DNA of 64,000 bases from Eutreptiella sp. 'Long Island Sound 2002'. Its lineage: Eukaryota > Protista > Euglenida. Location of the stretch: contig OZ038378.1 in NCBI GenBank assembly GCA_964036045.1, positions 170,252,001-170,316,000 on the forward strand. Reading direction: 5' to 3'. The notes beneath the pieces were generated by a model, which worked only from the letters and a program-made list of their open reading frames with translations, was not told the origin of the DNA and did no database searches. Both the position numbers and the translations under genes were made by a program. This document shows positions 12,212 through 24,389 of this stretch, piece by piece; within the stretch, counting starts at the first letter, position 1, and each line of letters begins with the position of its first letter.

Positions 12212-15200
12212 CTACGTCTGCGGGAAGCATTCCTGCGAACAGAACGGCACGCCGTCCTTGTGGAAGAAGGCCCCGGCGATCTTCAGGTGGCATTTGCCGC
12301 ACCGGAAGCAGTCGGGGTGCCACTTCCTCCCCAGCGCCGTTATCACCCGCCCACTGCTCTTCTTTTCTCCGCACGTGGACCCGTCGGGGGTGAGGACGGT
12401 GCCATCGGCGCGCAGGATGCCGCCGTCAGGGAGCAGCACCGTGCCGTCCATCAACGCGTACGAACCGTCGGGGCGCCGTTTGGCGAACGTGCCATCCGGC
12501 AGCACGAGCCGGCCATCCGGCAGCTTGACAGAGCCGTCGGGCATCAACGTGGTGCCGTCCGGCCGCAGGATCACGCCGTTGGGCAGCTTCTGCGACCCGT
12601 CCGCCATGCGCACCGTCCCGGACGGCAGCGCCCCCGCCCCGAAGCAGGGGAGATTGTACCCCGGGGGCGTGTAGCCCGGAGGGGCGACCGACCCGTCGGG
12701 CAACAGGACCGTCCCGTTGGCCTTCTGCACCGCCCCGTCCGGCCTCAGGATGTCCCCGTTGGGCAGTTTGATGTCCCCGTTGGGCAGCAGGAAGGTGCCG
12801 TCGGACAAGGCGTGGGATCCGTCCGCCATGGGCTCTGCGAAGGTGCCGTCCTGCCGCTTCAGGCGTCCGTCGGGAAGCTTCACAGAGCCGTCGGGCATCT
12901 TCATGGAACCGTCCGGCAGCAGGACCATTCCGTTGGGCAGTTGCAGGGAACCGTCCGGGAGCTGCTTGGCCCCCTCTGGGACCCGATTGCGCCGCGCGAA
13001 GCCCGGCAGGTGATACACCGGGGGTTTGTAGGACGCGGGCATGACGGTGCCGTCCGGGAGGCGGTAGGTGCCGTCCGGCAGCTTCACGGTCCCGTCCGGC
13101 AACAGCAACTCCCCGTTGGCCTTCTTGATCGTGCCGTCTGGCAACAGGGCGGTGCCGTCGGTCAGTTTGTACGACCCGTCCGCTTCAGGGCTGACAAACG
13201 TGCCATCGGGTCGCATCAACCGGCCGTCCGGCAGTTTCATGGACCCGTCGGGCATCGTCATCTTCCCGTCGGGCTGCAGCATCATTCCGTTCGGCAGACA
13301 TTTGACGCCGTTCTCCAGGGTCACCGTGCCTTTGGGCAGATTTGGCTCCCCGAAGCAGGGCAGGTTATAGGTCGGCAGCTTGTGCCCGGGAGGTGCAGTG
13401 GTGCCGTCCGGCAGAATGATCTTCCCGTCCGGCTCGATGATGGACCCGTCGGGGGTCAAGATCTGGCCGCTCCGCAGCCTCATATTTCCGTTGGGGAGCA
13501 GCGTGCTGCCGTCCGACAGGACGTAGCTGCCGTCCGCCAACGGGGAGGCAAAGGTGCCGTCCGGCAGCTGCAATCGTCCATCGGGATACTTCACGCTGCC
13601 ATCCGGCATCAGCAAAGTCCCGTCGGGTCGAAGAACCATCCCATTGGGCAGCCTTTGCGACCCGTCCTCCAGCCTCTTGGCGCCCGGGGGGAGGGTTTTG
13701 CCAAACCCGGGCAGGTCGTACTCCGGCACCGTGTAGCCCGGCCGTGCCAGGGTGCCATCGGGAAGTTGGACCCGGCCATTGGGCAAGATCGTGCTGCCAT
13801 CGGGCGTCAGGATGCTGCCATCGGGCAGCTTGAGGTTGCCATTCGGCATCAGCACTGTGCCGTCCGACAAGACGTGGGTCCCGTCCGGGAGAGCCTTCGC
13901 AAAGCTGCCATCCGGCAACTGCACGCGACCGTCAGGCAACTTCAAGGACCCATCGGGCAGCTCTACGGATCCGTCCGGCATGATGGTCATGCCGTTTGGT
14001 AGCACGATCGATCCATCGGGCTTGCGCACGGAGTTCTCGGGGACCTTGTTTGCCGTGAAGCCTGGGATCTTGTACTCCGGGACTTTGAAGCCAGGGGGCG
14101 CCACTGTGCCATCCTGGAGGCAGACCGTGCCATCCGGCGACTTCATACTGCCGTCAGGGTACAGGATCGCCCCGTTGGGCAGCACCACCGCTCCGTTGGG
14201 CAGCAGCACCGACCCATCAGACAAGGTGTAGGATCCGTCGGCCATCGGAGTCGCAAACGTACCGTCCGGCAACCTCAAGCGACCGTCCGGGAGCTTGACC
14301 GATCCCTCCAGCATGCGAATGGACCCGTCAGGGTTGATGATCATGCCGTTGGGCAGCATCGTGGAGCCATCCCGGAACTTCTCAGAGCCCGGGGGGAGTT
14401 CTGCCTCGTCAAAGCACGGCAAGACGTACTGAGGGATTGGGGTGCCGGGCGGCTTGATGGAGCCATCCGGGAGTCGAACAGAACCGTCCGGCATCTGCAC
14501 AGAGCCGTCGGGGTGCTTGATGCGCCCGTCGGAGTACTTGATGCAGCCGTTGGGCAGCAACACGGTGCCATCGGACAGCATGTACGACCCGTCGGTCATG
14601 GGCTTGGCCCAGGTCCCGTCCGGCAGCTGCACCCTTCCATCCGGATACTTCACAGACCCGTCCGGCAGGAGCATCGTGCCGTCATTCCGGAGGGTCATTC
14701 CATTCGGCAACTTCTTGCTTCCGTCGGGTAGCGTCCCGGTCCCCGGAGGAAGTACGCCAGGCGTCATTCCGGGGACGTTGTACTTGGGCAACTTGTGGCC
14801 CATTTTGGGTTTCCCGTTGGGCATGATCACGGAGCCGTCTGGCAGCTTTATAGTCCCGTCGAGAGTCAAGACATTGCCGTTGGGCAACTTCACGTCACCG
14901 TTGGGGTACAGGACGCTGCCATCGGACAGCGTGTGCGTGCCGTCGGCGTTGGGGGGCGTCACAGATCCATCGGGCCGCAGCAGCTGGCCGCCAGCCATTC
15001 TCATGGAGCCGTCCGGCAGCTTCACCGACCCATCGGGGTACACGTGCATCCCGTTGGGCAGTCTGATGGCGCCATCCGGCAGTCGAACAGAGCCGGGGGG
15101 GAAGCCTGGAATGGGCCGGTTGTCATTCCCGAAGGTCGGCACCACGTAATCCTTGGCAATCGCGGTGCCTCGGGGTATGCGCGTGCCATCCCGCAGTTGC

Positions 15201-18200
15201 ATGCTGCCGTCCGGAGCGATGACGGTCCCGTCGGGCAGCACTGTGTGGCCATCAGGTTTGCGGAGGCTTCCATCGGGCAAGAGCACATCCCCCGAAGGCA
15301 AGGCCGCGCTCTGGTCGCGCTCGCCAAGGACGGCGCACGTCCCGTCCGGCAGCTGGACGTTCCCGTCCCGAAGGTGAACGGACCCATCGGGCAGCTGCGC
15401 AAGCCCGTCCACTCTGACGGTCATGCCATTGGGGAGCTCGTGTGTCCCGTCGGCCTCCGGGACGCTGCCTTCCGGGAGCTTCCACCCACGGAAACCCGGC
15501 ATCTTGTAATGCGGGACGGGGCTGCCGGCAGGTTTCGCAGTCCCGTCCGACGCCCTCATGGATCTGTCGGGCGCCACCACACTGCCATCCGGCAGCAACA
15601 CGCTGCCGCCCAGGAGCCGCACCCGTGCATCGGGCAGCAACAGCGCTCCATTCTTCAACACCACCGCGCCGTCTTCGGCGGGGTCCATGACGGTGCCGTC
15701 CGGAGCCTTGACTCGTCCGTCCGGCGACCGCAGGGACCCATCCGGCAGAATCACTGTCCCGTCGGGTTGTACAATCATCCCGTTGGGGTATTTCTTGGAG
15801 CCGTCCGGCAAGTCCTGTACGCCGGGGACATCCGACGACATGACAATGCCGTTCGGGTAGAGCACCGTCCCGCCGGGCATGGGCACAGTCCCGTCCGCAT
15901 TGGGGGTGGCGAACGTGCCGTCCGGAAGCTGCACACGCCCGTCCGGCAGCTTCACGCAGCCGTTGGGCAGCAGGACAGTGCCGTCCGGCATCTGAAGGTA
16001 TCCGTTGGGGCACAGCACCGTCCCGTCCGGCATGGCCACGGTGCCGTCCGCAGATGGACTGGCAAGGCTGCCATCCGGCAGCCGCACACGCCCGTTCGGC
16101 AGTTTCACAGCGCCATTCGGCAGCAATATGCTTCCGTCGGGCTGCCTGAGTGTGCCGTTGGGCAGTAACACGGATCCGTCAGGCATCGCCACACTGCCGT
16201 CCGCTTTGGGCTCCAGCAATGTGCCGTCCGGCAGCCGCACGCAACCGTCCGGTTGCTTAACGGCTCCGTTGGGCAACTGAATGGAACCGTCGGAGTTGAC
16301 CACCATCCCACGACCCGCAGGCCTCTCCCCAAATCCGGGCACACTCAGCTCCGGCAGTGTAAAGCCTGGCTCCTTCGTAGTCCCATCTCTCAGCCGCACA
16401 GTGCCATCCGGCAGGATGCAGCGCCCATCGGGTCGAAGGATGGTGCCGTCGGGGAGCTGGACGTTGCCGTTCTGGTACAGTACCGTCCCGTCGGGCATCG
16501 GTATACTTCCGTCCGCATTGGGGGTGGCGAACGTGCCATCCGGCAGTTGTAGACGACCATCGGGCAGCTTCACAGCGCCATTGGGCAGCCGAACAGAGCC
16601 GTCCGGTAGCACCACCATCCCATTGGCCAGGCGGGCACTGCCATCGGGCATGGTCTGCCCCCCAGGAGGAAGCTGCTGGCCCGTGGTCCCGCTGGTGATC
16701 GTTCCGTCCAAATACATGATGTCTCCGTTGGGGAAGTGCACGTCGCCGTTGGCAGTGAGCTTGGCCCCTCCCGGAACTGCGTATGAGCCATCCGCCGATT
16801 TCTCAATGACGATGCCGTCCGGAGCGATCATGGTCCCGTCAGGCATCAGGCGGCACCCGTTGGGCAGCGCAATCACGCCGTCCGGCAGCACAACCATCCC
16901 ATTTGGCAGCGTCGTGGTCCCGTCGGGCGCCACCTCCGCGCCCTGCGGCAGCGCCTGCCCAAAAACGGTGGCCTTCTGCGGGTCAAAGCCGGGGATCTGG
17001 TATGCCGGCGCTTCGGCCCCAGGCGGCAGCACCGTCCCGTCCGGCTTCACGATCTGCCCGTCTTTCTTGACGACGGTGCCGTCCGGCAGAAGGATGTCCT
17101 TGTTGGCCGTCACGATCCGCCCGTCGGGCAGCAGCACCGAACCGTCCGTCAGCTGCACACCCCCCGCGGCGTTGGGCTTCAGGACGTTCCTGTCCTTGTC
17201 CACCACGACCCCATCCGCACGCTTCACGCTGCCGTCCGGAAGCAACACGGACCCATCAGGCCGTACAACCATCCCGTTGGGCAACCGCGTGGAGCCGTCC
17301 GCAAGCTGCTCGGAGCCCGCGACGGTGGCGATGCGGCCAGGCAAGCGATTCGTGCGACTGTCGGTGAAGCCGGGGACGTTGAGCTCCGGCAGCTGGAAAT
17401 CCGCTGGCTTGACCGTCCCGTCCCGCAGCTGGATCGTGCCGTCCGGCAAGACGCAGTGCCCGTCGGGCCGCAGGACTGTCCCGTCGGGCAGCCGCATGTT
17501 CCCGTTGGGGTGGAGGACGGTGCCGTCGGGCATGGCGATGTTGCCGTCGGCATCGGGCGTCGCGTACGTGCCGTCGGGCAGCCGCACGCGCCCATCCGGG
17601 AGCTTGACGGCCCCGTTGGGCAACTGAACGGAGCCGTCCGGCATCACCACCATCCCGTTGGCCAAACGCGCGCTGCCGTCGGGGTTGACCTGGGCCCCGG
17701 GCGGCAGCGTCTGCCCGGTTTTGGCCACGGTGATGGAGCCATCCAAATGGATGACATCCCCGTTCGGTAAATGCACTTCCCCGTCCTTGGTCAACCTGCC
17801 CCCTCCGGGCAGGGCGTAGCTGCCGTCTGCGTCAGGCTCAATGATGGTTCCATCAGGCGTGATCATCAGCCCGTCGTCAGGCATGATCTTGGCCCCGTTC
17901 GGCAACGTAATGATGCCGTCCGGCCGCAGGACCATGCCGTTGGGGAGGGTGGTCGTCCCGTCCGGCGCGACGTTAGTGCCTTCGGGCAGGGGTTGGTTGA
18001 AGATCGTCGCGTTGCCGGGGTGGAAGCTGTGGATGTTCATGCTGGACCCATCGGTGAAGATCAGGTCCCCGCTGGGCAGCAGAATCGACCCATCCGACAA
18101 ACGAATGGTGCCATCCCTTTCCTTGATCGCCCCGCTGGTGTCGATGATTCTGCCATCGGGCAACTGGATGGAGCCATCATCCAATCTCGTGCTGCCTGCA

Positions 18201-18327
18201 AGGCTGAGGAGCGGCAGCAGATCAGCGTCTGTGCACGGCACAGTGATATCCATTTGCACCTCGAACTCCGTCCAACGAGGGGTTGACATGGAGTAGAAGC
18301 CGTCAGCTTCCCGAAGTGCCGTCTCCT
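12212..18327 (-). CDS. Exon 2 of a giant P[DN]G-repeat protein with C-terminal LIM domain (~2,138 aa in total)
   Basis: Uninterrupted 2025-aa ORF with an LP[DN]G[ST]-type motif about every 7 residues. The C-terminal CGEKK..ALGRKWHPDCFRCGKC...DGVPFCSQEC is a LIM zinc finger (12215-12373). The frame stays open up to a cccttcccttgtgctccag acceptor (exon starts 18327, phase 1). Confidence 0.93.
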
Positions 18328-18439
18328 CTGGAGCACAAGGGAAGGGATGGCCACGGGAAAGGGGGGCCGCACGTCGTTCGTCAACACATTCACAGCATGC
18401 ACGGTGTCCTGACCCTTGCGGACTGTGGCATGCACATTG

Positions 18440-19100
18440 CGCACCTCATGTGCCTTGCACATCGCATCCGTGAACCTTACACCACATACCCCTGCATCTT
18501 GCACACCATACCCCTGCATCTTGCATCCATACACCTGCACGGTGTATCACACATACTTCACCCATGCACCTTGCAAACTGTACCATGTGCCTTCCGTCTC
18601 ATTCACCAAAGATTGCTATCAAAGGGAACCGCAGCTGTCAACGCCACCGGTACATTTCCCGCGTTTCTTATTTGCACAAGATAGTGCATGGGCAAATGTA
18701 CAAGAATCGACAATTTCGTCATGACAAAATTTTGCATCTTTTTCGGTCCAAAAAGCCCATTTTTTTTGGTTTTTCGGAACTTTCGGCGGGCCAAAATGGG
18801 TCACAAAGAGTTCAAAATACCATACCCATAAATCTTGCATCTATACACATGCACCATGCATACCATACCCACGCGTGCACGCTGTGCGCTGTACCATGTG
18901 CCTAACATGCCCATAAAACTTCCAAACCATACCCGGGTGCTGTGCATATCACACCGATGTACCTTGTATGCTGTACCATGTGCCTTCCGCGCCATAACTA
19001 TATTTCTTGCATACCCCAGGAATATCTGGACCTGTGCACCATGTATGCCGCACCATATGCCTTCCATACCATACCCGGATATCTTTACCATACCAATGTA
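18440..19100. repeat. Intronic repeats (TGTACCATGTGCCT x4; CATACC/CACCATA units) within the 805-nt intron 18328-19132
   Basis: TGTACCATGTGCCT recurs near 18579, 18890, 18972 and (variant) ~19035. Confidence 0.65.
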
Positions 19101-19132
19101 GTATGCAGGCCAGACCCATCCATCTCTCATAC

Positions 19133-19433
19133 CAGAAATCAAATCCGCCGTGATCCCTGTCCCCGTAACCCACTCTGCCCGCAGCTTTCGAAGCGTCAAG
19201 ATCTGCATGTCCCTGCTGAAGGGCTCCAGCGTCCAAAGGGCCCTCATGCCGTCCAGAATGGTATTGTCGCCATGCAACTGTGCTCGGACGTTGACGGACG
19301 TCGCCCACGAGACGCGGAGCGTTTGCGCTGTGCCCGTTTCATTTGTGGCCGTATACGATGCGCCGGCATTGGGCAGATCAGTTTGCGCGATGAAGATCCC
19401 TGAAGGAGGCGACACCTCTAATCGACTGGGCAT
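19133..19433 (-). CDS. Exon 1 of the P[DN]G-repeat/LIM gene (N-terminal beta-sandwich-like domain)
   Basis: MPSRLEVSPP...TADLIS is 100 codons + 1 nt, followed by the donor G|gtatga. Phase 1 matches the 18327 acceptor, and 301+6116 nt = 2139 codons with no stop. Confidence 0.78.
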
Positions 19434-20303
19434 TTTGCGTGGACTGGATCAAGTGGAAATATCCATCATTTGGAATAGAACAAGCGCAGATAAAAAATAC
19501 ATTGTACCTGCGACAAATTCATGGAAGATGTTTTGAAACAAGAAAACACAAGCTGGGGATCGCCTGCATACCAGCCTTGGGCCCCTCGCAGTCCTATCCT
19601 AGACCGAATTTCCCTTGCGAGTTTTACGATTTTGGCATGCCAACAATGCTCAGACTCATCGTGTGCTGGACTGCGTGGGGAACAACGGTCGGGTCTAACA
19701 CGTCACCCACTCCTACGACCTCCAACACAACCTCAGTCACCCAGCTGCCCCCGTCTTTATGCACTCAAATGGACGCCAAGACCACCGTCTCCATGTCTGT
19801 GGACACGGCTGAAGGTACTGGTGATGATGCTCTCCACATGTCTAATCCCTTTGGGGCACACCAGCCAGCCCGTCAGCCGGAGGGGCGAGGGGGCAGCTCT
19901 GAAGGAGATTTCATTCATTTGCTAAACGCACTAGAGTATGGGTACATGAAGGATTGACAAGAGCCTCAGCCATGGATAATAAGGGCAGTACCAATGGCGA
20001 ACCGTCCATTTACAAACAGTGGTATGGAGATCGGCAAAGTATGCCTGAATAGGCCATGCCTGATAGGAGAACTCAGGTACCATCAGAAGAACCTGCCCTT
20101 GGGCAGGGGGTGATTGTTGGACAACGTTTAGCAGAATATCATATCATACATCAACACAACGCATGCATCATAAAACGTAAGACTAATCACTTTTTTTCAA
20201 AAAAAGGCACGTTGCAAAATCTGCCATTATACCAAAGGGGTGGTTATTGTGCAAGTTGGTGGTTTACAACAGGGGGTAGGGTATTAAAATGGCACCTTGA
20301 GGA

Positions 20304-22250
20304 GGGGTGTATTATGATAATATCCCTGTGCTTGGGTTTGGAACAGCATGGGTACAGCCGGTGGCGAATGCCGTTGTTGACCTTTTGGTGTCGGAGGGTG
20401 CGCTAGTGTGCCCAAAAAGTAAACTGACCCCACTAGACTGTATTGACTGGATTGGGAAACAGTTCCGCTTTGGGGAGGCGGTCACTCGCTCCACTAACAA
20501 GTGGGTGGCCTTGCTGGCACGCTGGCTCCTTTTTGGCGTGGGCCATTGCTTGCATAAGGACTTGTTGCGCCTGGTTGGACGCATCTTGTGGGAGTCCCGC
20601 CCCTCTTGGGATCTTCTACCTTTTCTTGCGTCCACATGGGCGCACATACTATGGGGCCCCATCAGGTTGAGTCACACAGTCCTAAAACTACTGCACGCCA
20701 TGGTGACACCCATGGTAATGGCCGCCAGACGGTGGGTGGTACCGGTGCTACGGTCACCTTCCACACGGCACCCCATGTACGTTTTCTTTGATGGAGGCCC
20801 TGATGCGGGCGGCCGGAGAGTGGGCCTCTGGGCACCCGGGCTGGGGGGGTGCTGTGCAGTGATTCCCGATTCCTTTTGCAACCAGCAAATCGTCGAGTTA
20901 CGTGTGTTGGAGTTTGCCGCGAACTTCATTTTAGCGGTGGGCTGGCCGGCGGCATCTGCGGTGGGTGATAATTCAGCGGTTCTACAAATGTTTGCCAATG
21001 CAAAAGCGGGGCTGGGGTTGTCGGCACAGAACCAGGTTCTTCGGAGGCTGGTTTTTGAGTGGTCCACAGCGAGAGTTGAACCCTGCGGATCCCTGCGGCT
21101 GATAGATAACTGCTGTGGGGACGAGGCACCGGTAGAGCTGGCTGCATCCTCCATATACCGGCGCCTGCAGGATTTGGGGTTGAACGCTGTTAGACACGTT
21201 TGGACGCTGGGGTTGCCACGAGCTGAGCCCGTGCGTTTGGCGGCCTGGGGCGGTGATGACTGCTCCTCGGAGGTATTTGGCCTCTAAGGCACGTTGCGGG
21301 GTGAGGTGTACACATGGCGTTGTGAACCCGGTGTGGGGCTTGGGGGCTTAGACGGCCGATCCCGCAAAGCTTCGGTGGACTGCTGCGATGGCTATCCTAG
21401 TGTATGCAAACAAACACAACGGGAGTCTTCGCCAGAACCAGGAGAACCACCAAGGCGGTGCCATTGTTGCGGCGCGCGTGACGTTGTTGGGCCCCTCTAC
21501 CCTGGGCTCGGGGACGCTGCATTACAAGTGATTGTTCAAGTGGCGCCATTGGGGTGGGGCAGCTTTCTAGCGTCGCATTTGTTTGCTCTAGTAACTGCCT
21601 GTTCTCATGGTGCATCCCGTCCGTCTTCCGCTGTATCACCCGGTTCGCCCTGCGGCCCCCTCTCATCTAGGTCGCCGTTGACGACAACATGACTGGGGCC
21701 GGTGGGATCAACAAGGACGGCAGTTGCAGGCCCGGGCGGAGCCGGTACCAGTCCTACGTTCTTGGGCCCGGGTGCTGTCGTCCTACGTTACGGGGCCGCG
21801 GTCATGGGAGCGTGTCGTGGAGGCGGCCTGTGTTCTGTACGCTGTGTGCACGTTGTATCCAAGGGTTTTGGATCTGGTGGGCCCTGTTCGTTGGGGCTTT
21901 TGAGTACCTCTTGGGGACGGGCACCGCCAACCCTGGGGTAGCCATTCAACGCACCACCGTGGGTTTGGCCGAACAAGTATAAGCAATCTACAATGTGGGT
22001 TAGCCCACCATACATTGGGGAATTGCTGATGTTGTCCCCGGGCTGACCGTGGTCCCAGAGTGGAGCAATCAAACTCCGTACAACATCCATCCCGGACCTT
22101 GTGTGTAGTGCAACCGAGGTGCGCGCCACGCCGTGGTGGATGCAGATCCATAGCGCCACCTTAATTAAGGCCTCCCGCACGGCGGATGGAGACACGGTTG
22201 GTGCCCCGGTGTGTTTGCTAGAGACGGAGGCCATGCCATTGGCCTATTAG
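20304..22250 (+). mobile_element. Degenerate tyrosine-recombinase (DIRS/Ngaro/VIPER-like) retrotransposon: RT C-terminus, RNase H, YR remnant
   Basis: ORF 20307..21287 has a decayed YxDD (YYDNIPVLG), KSKLTP..IDWIGK and RNase H motifs (FFDG, NQQIVEL, GDN). Downstream, frameshifted RVVEAA (~21811) and GGW (~22190) resemble YR catalytic boxes. The 5' end is truncated. Confidence 0.62.
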
Positions 22251-22613
22251 CCTCGGGGTGGTTGGCTTGTGCCCGGCGCGGCCGCGGGCATGGCCATGGT
22301 TGTGGATCCGGACTTGGCAACTGCAGCCCTCTTGCGGTGGCTACCGGATGTCTAGGAGGCTTGGTATTTTACCTTGCCCCCGCCGGGACTTGCGCATGTG
22401 CCCCCGTTGGTGCCTCGTGCATCAGTGGCGGAGTGTTGCTAGCATCCGGCAGTTGCCGGGGAGCATCTGTACCGGGCAACCACTACGGTGGTTGAGGACT
22501 CGTACGCCCGACAGACGCGAGTCCGGCGATTTGTAGACACCCCTGAGCACTGCCCGTAGCCGGTTTGGTGTGTCTGTGGACGGCAAAGTTTTTTTCTCTG
22601 GCATGCATTGAAC

Positions 22614-22863
22614 CCCTTCTGGAATGCAGTGACGCATTTGCTTTTGTGCATGCTCTGTTCTCTAAGCAAAACTGAAGCTTGACACACTCAAACTCAAGTT
22701 TTGCACCGTGTATATGCTTCAGTGTCAGTTTGTTATTTTCTTGACATACACAACGGACCCACCCACCCGCCCTGTGCACGTCAATCTCACACATTGAACC
22801 ACAACCCTTCTGGAATGTAGCGACACATTTGCTTTTGTGCATGCTTTGTTCTCTAAGCAAAAC
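22614..22863. repeat. Two ~59-bp direct repeats (22614-22672, 22805-22863)
   Basis: CCCTTCTGGAATG..G.GAC.CATTTGCTTTTGTGCATGCT.TGTTCTCTAAGCAAAAC in both. Confidence 0.85.
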
Positions 22864-24389
22864 CCGGTGCCCAAGGGAGGGAGGAGGGATCGGGGATGCC
22901 AGCCACGATTGTGCAGTGCACAGCCAAAGTCCCAAAAGCAAAGTGCTTCATTTTGGCTGTTGCAAGGGATGTGTGTGTCTTTGGGGCTGCCCTTGTACAT
23001 TCACCTGCCCCTTGGGGGCTGCTGGTGAGGGCGCCACGAGGAGGGGGGGCTGCTGATGGGGGTCCCTTGGGGGAGGGGGGGGGGCTCGGTGGGGTTCACA
23101 TATACCTTGCGATGTCCACTCAATTGTAAGAAATTCTTGCAGAGGCCTGGTTGGGTTCTTCTGCGGATGCCAACATTGCGGTGCTTCAGCCCAAGCGACG
23201 GAGCGTATAGAAGGTTGATCCACCGGGGGTTTGCAAACCGCTTCACAAATGAATTTTTTGTTGAAAACCATAGCCATGCATGGCCTGTACCTTGCAAGGC
23301 AAACATGAAGGCCTGGAATGTAGACTCGGGCCAACTATGGTAGTGAATACCAACGCGCTACCCTCGCCTCATGAGCATCGTCCCCCCGACCCCACCCCCC
23401 CTACCACGCGCCTAGTGAAAGAAGGCGCACGGATCCGGTGGAACTATATGTGACTAGCTTAATCCATAGCATGCCCTCTTGCCTACATTGCAAAAGGATG
23501 ACATTGACCGTTGCTTAATTTCAAACAAAGATGGAAGCAGATCTTTTTTAATACGAACTCGCAAAAATACTTATGGTGTAAAGTGGATGTGGGAAGAAGT
23601 GTGTGGCGGGCCATTACCTCACCCACATCGCTACACTTGCGTGTCCGTCAGCCTTTCGTGAGTTTGTCACACCCATTGCGATGTGGACACATCAAAAGTC
23701 CTTTGGATGCCCCTACATGTATGTAGCTACCAAAAACCCCATTTTGAATCTTCAATGAATGGTTCCAAAAATGATGGTTTTCCAACCTCAGTGACACATA
23801 GTGTTGACTGCGGAGGCCTACACTTGCACAACGGGGGGAAGGATTGTTTTGGGACACACCGCCCCACACAAAATGCAATTCTGCAGAGAAAGGAGTATCA
23901 TGGCATGGATTTTAGGCCTGAGAAATTGGATTGCAATGCCAGATTTTTATGAAAAGTGATTCCCATGTTGTGTTCCGTTGATGTGCAAAATGTATTTCTT
24001 TTCACCTGGGGTTCACTGGGGTCCGCTAGTTGCGGAAGGGGGGGGGGGGCTGTGGGGCGATGGAGCAGATTCAATCGTCACACAAACTGCCACTGGAGAG
24101 CAGGAAACCGAAAACAACTGATCTACTGTACAATCACTGCCTTCAACAAGGCGCTCTTTGATGCTGAATCTCGCATCGCAATGTCGTCCCCCCCTCCTCC
24201 CCCCATGCGGGCCTGCTGCCAACTTGACGTGGGCGGGGGTTCGGGAACGTTCCACGTGCTTCCATCGGTGTTCCAGGGTCCACTGCTCACTTGTGGCCAG
24301 GTGCAGGACTCTTGGGAAATTGGTGCACTGTGTGCACACGCAGCATACCTGACCAGAACGGAAACCCACCCAAGTCCATCATCATGAGA

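Noticed and set aside
12182-17770. Long plus-strand ORFs (606, 457, 448 aa and others) overlapping the repeat gene
   Set aside because: Antisense shadows of a GC-rich repetitive coding sequence; no independent motifs.
19630-19957. Small secreted protein on the plus strand
   Set aside because: Low complexity, no motif or splice support.
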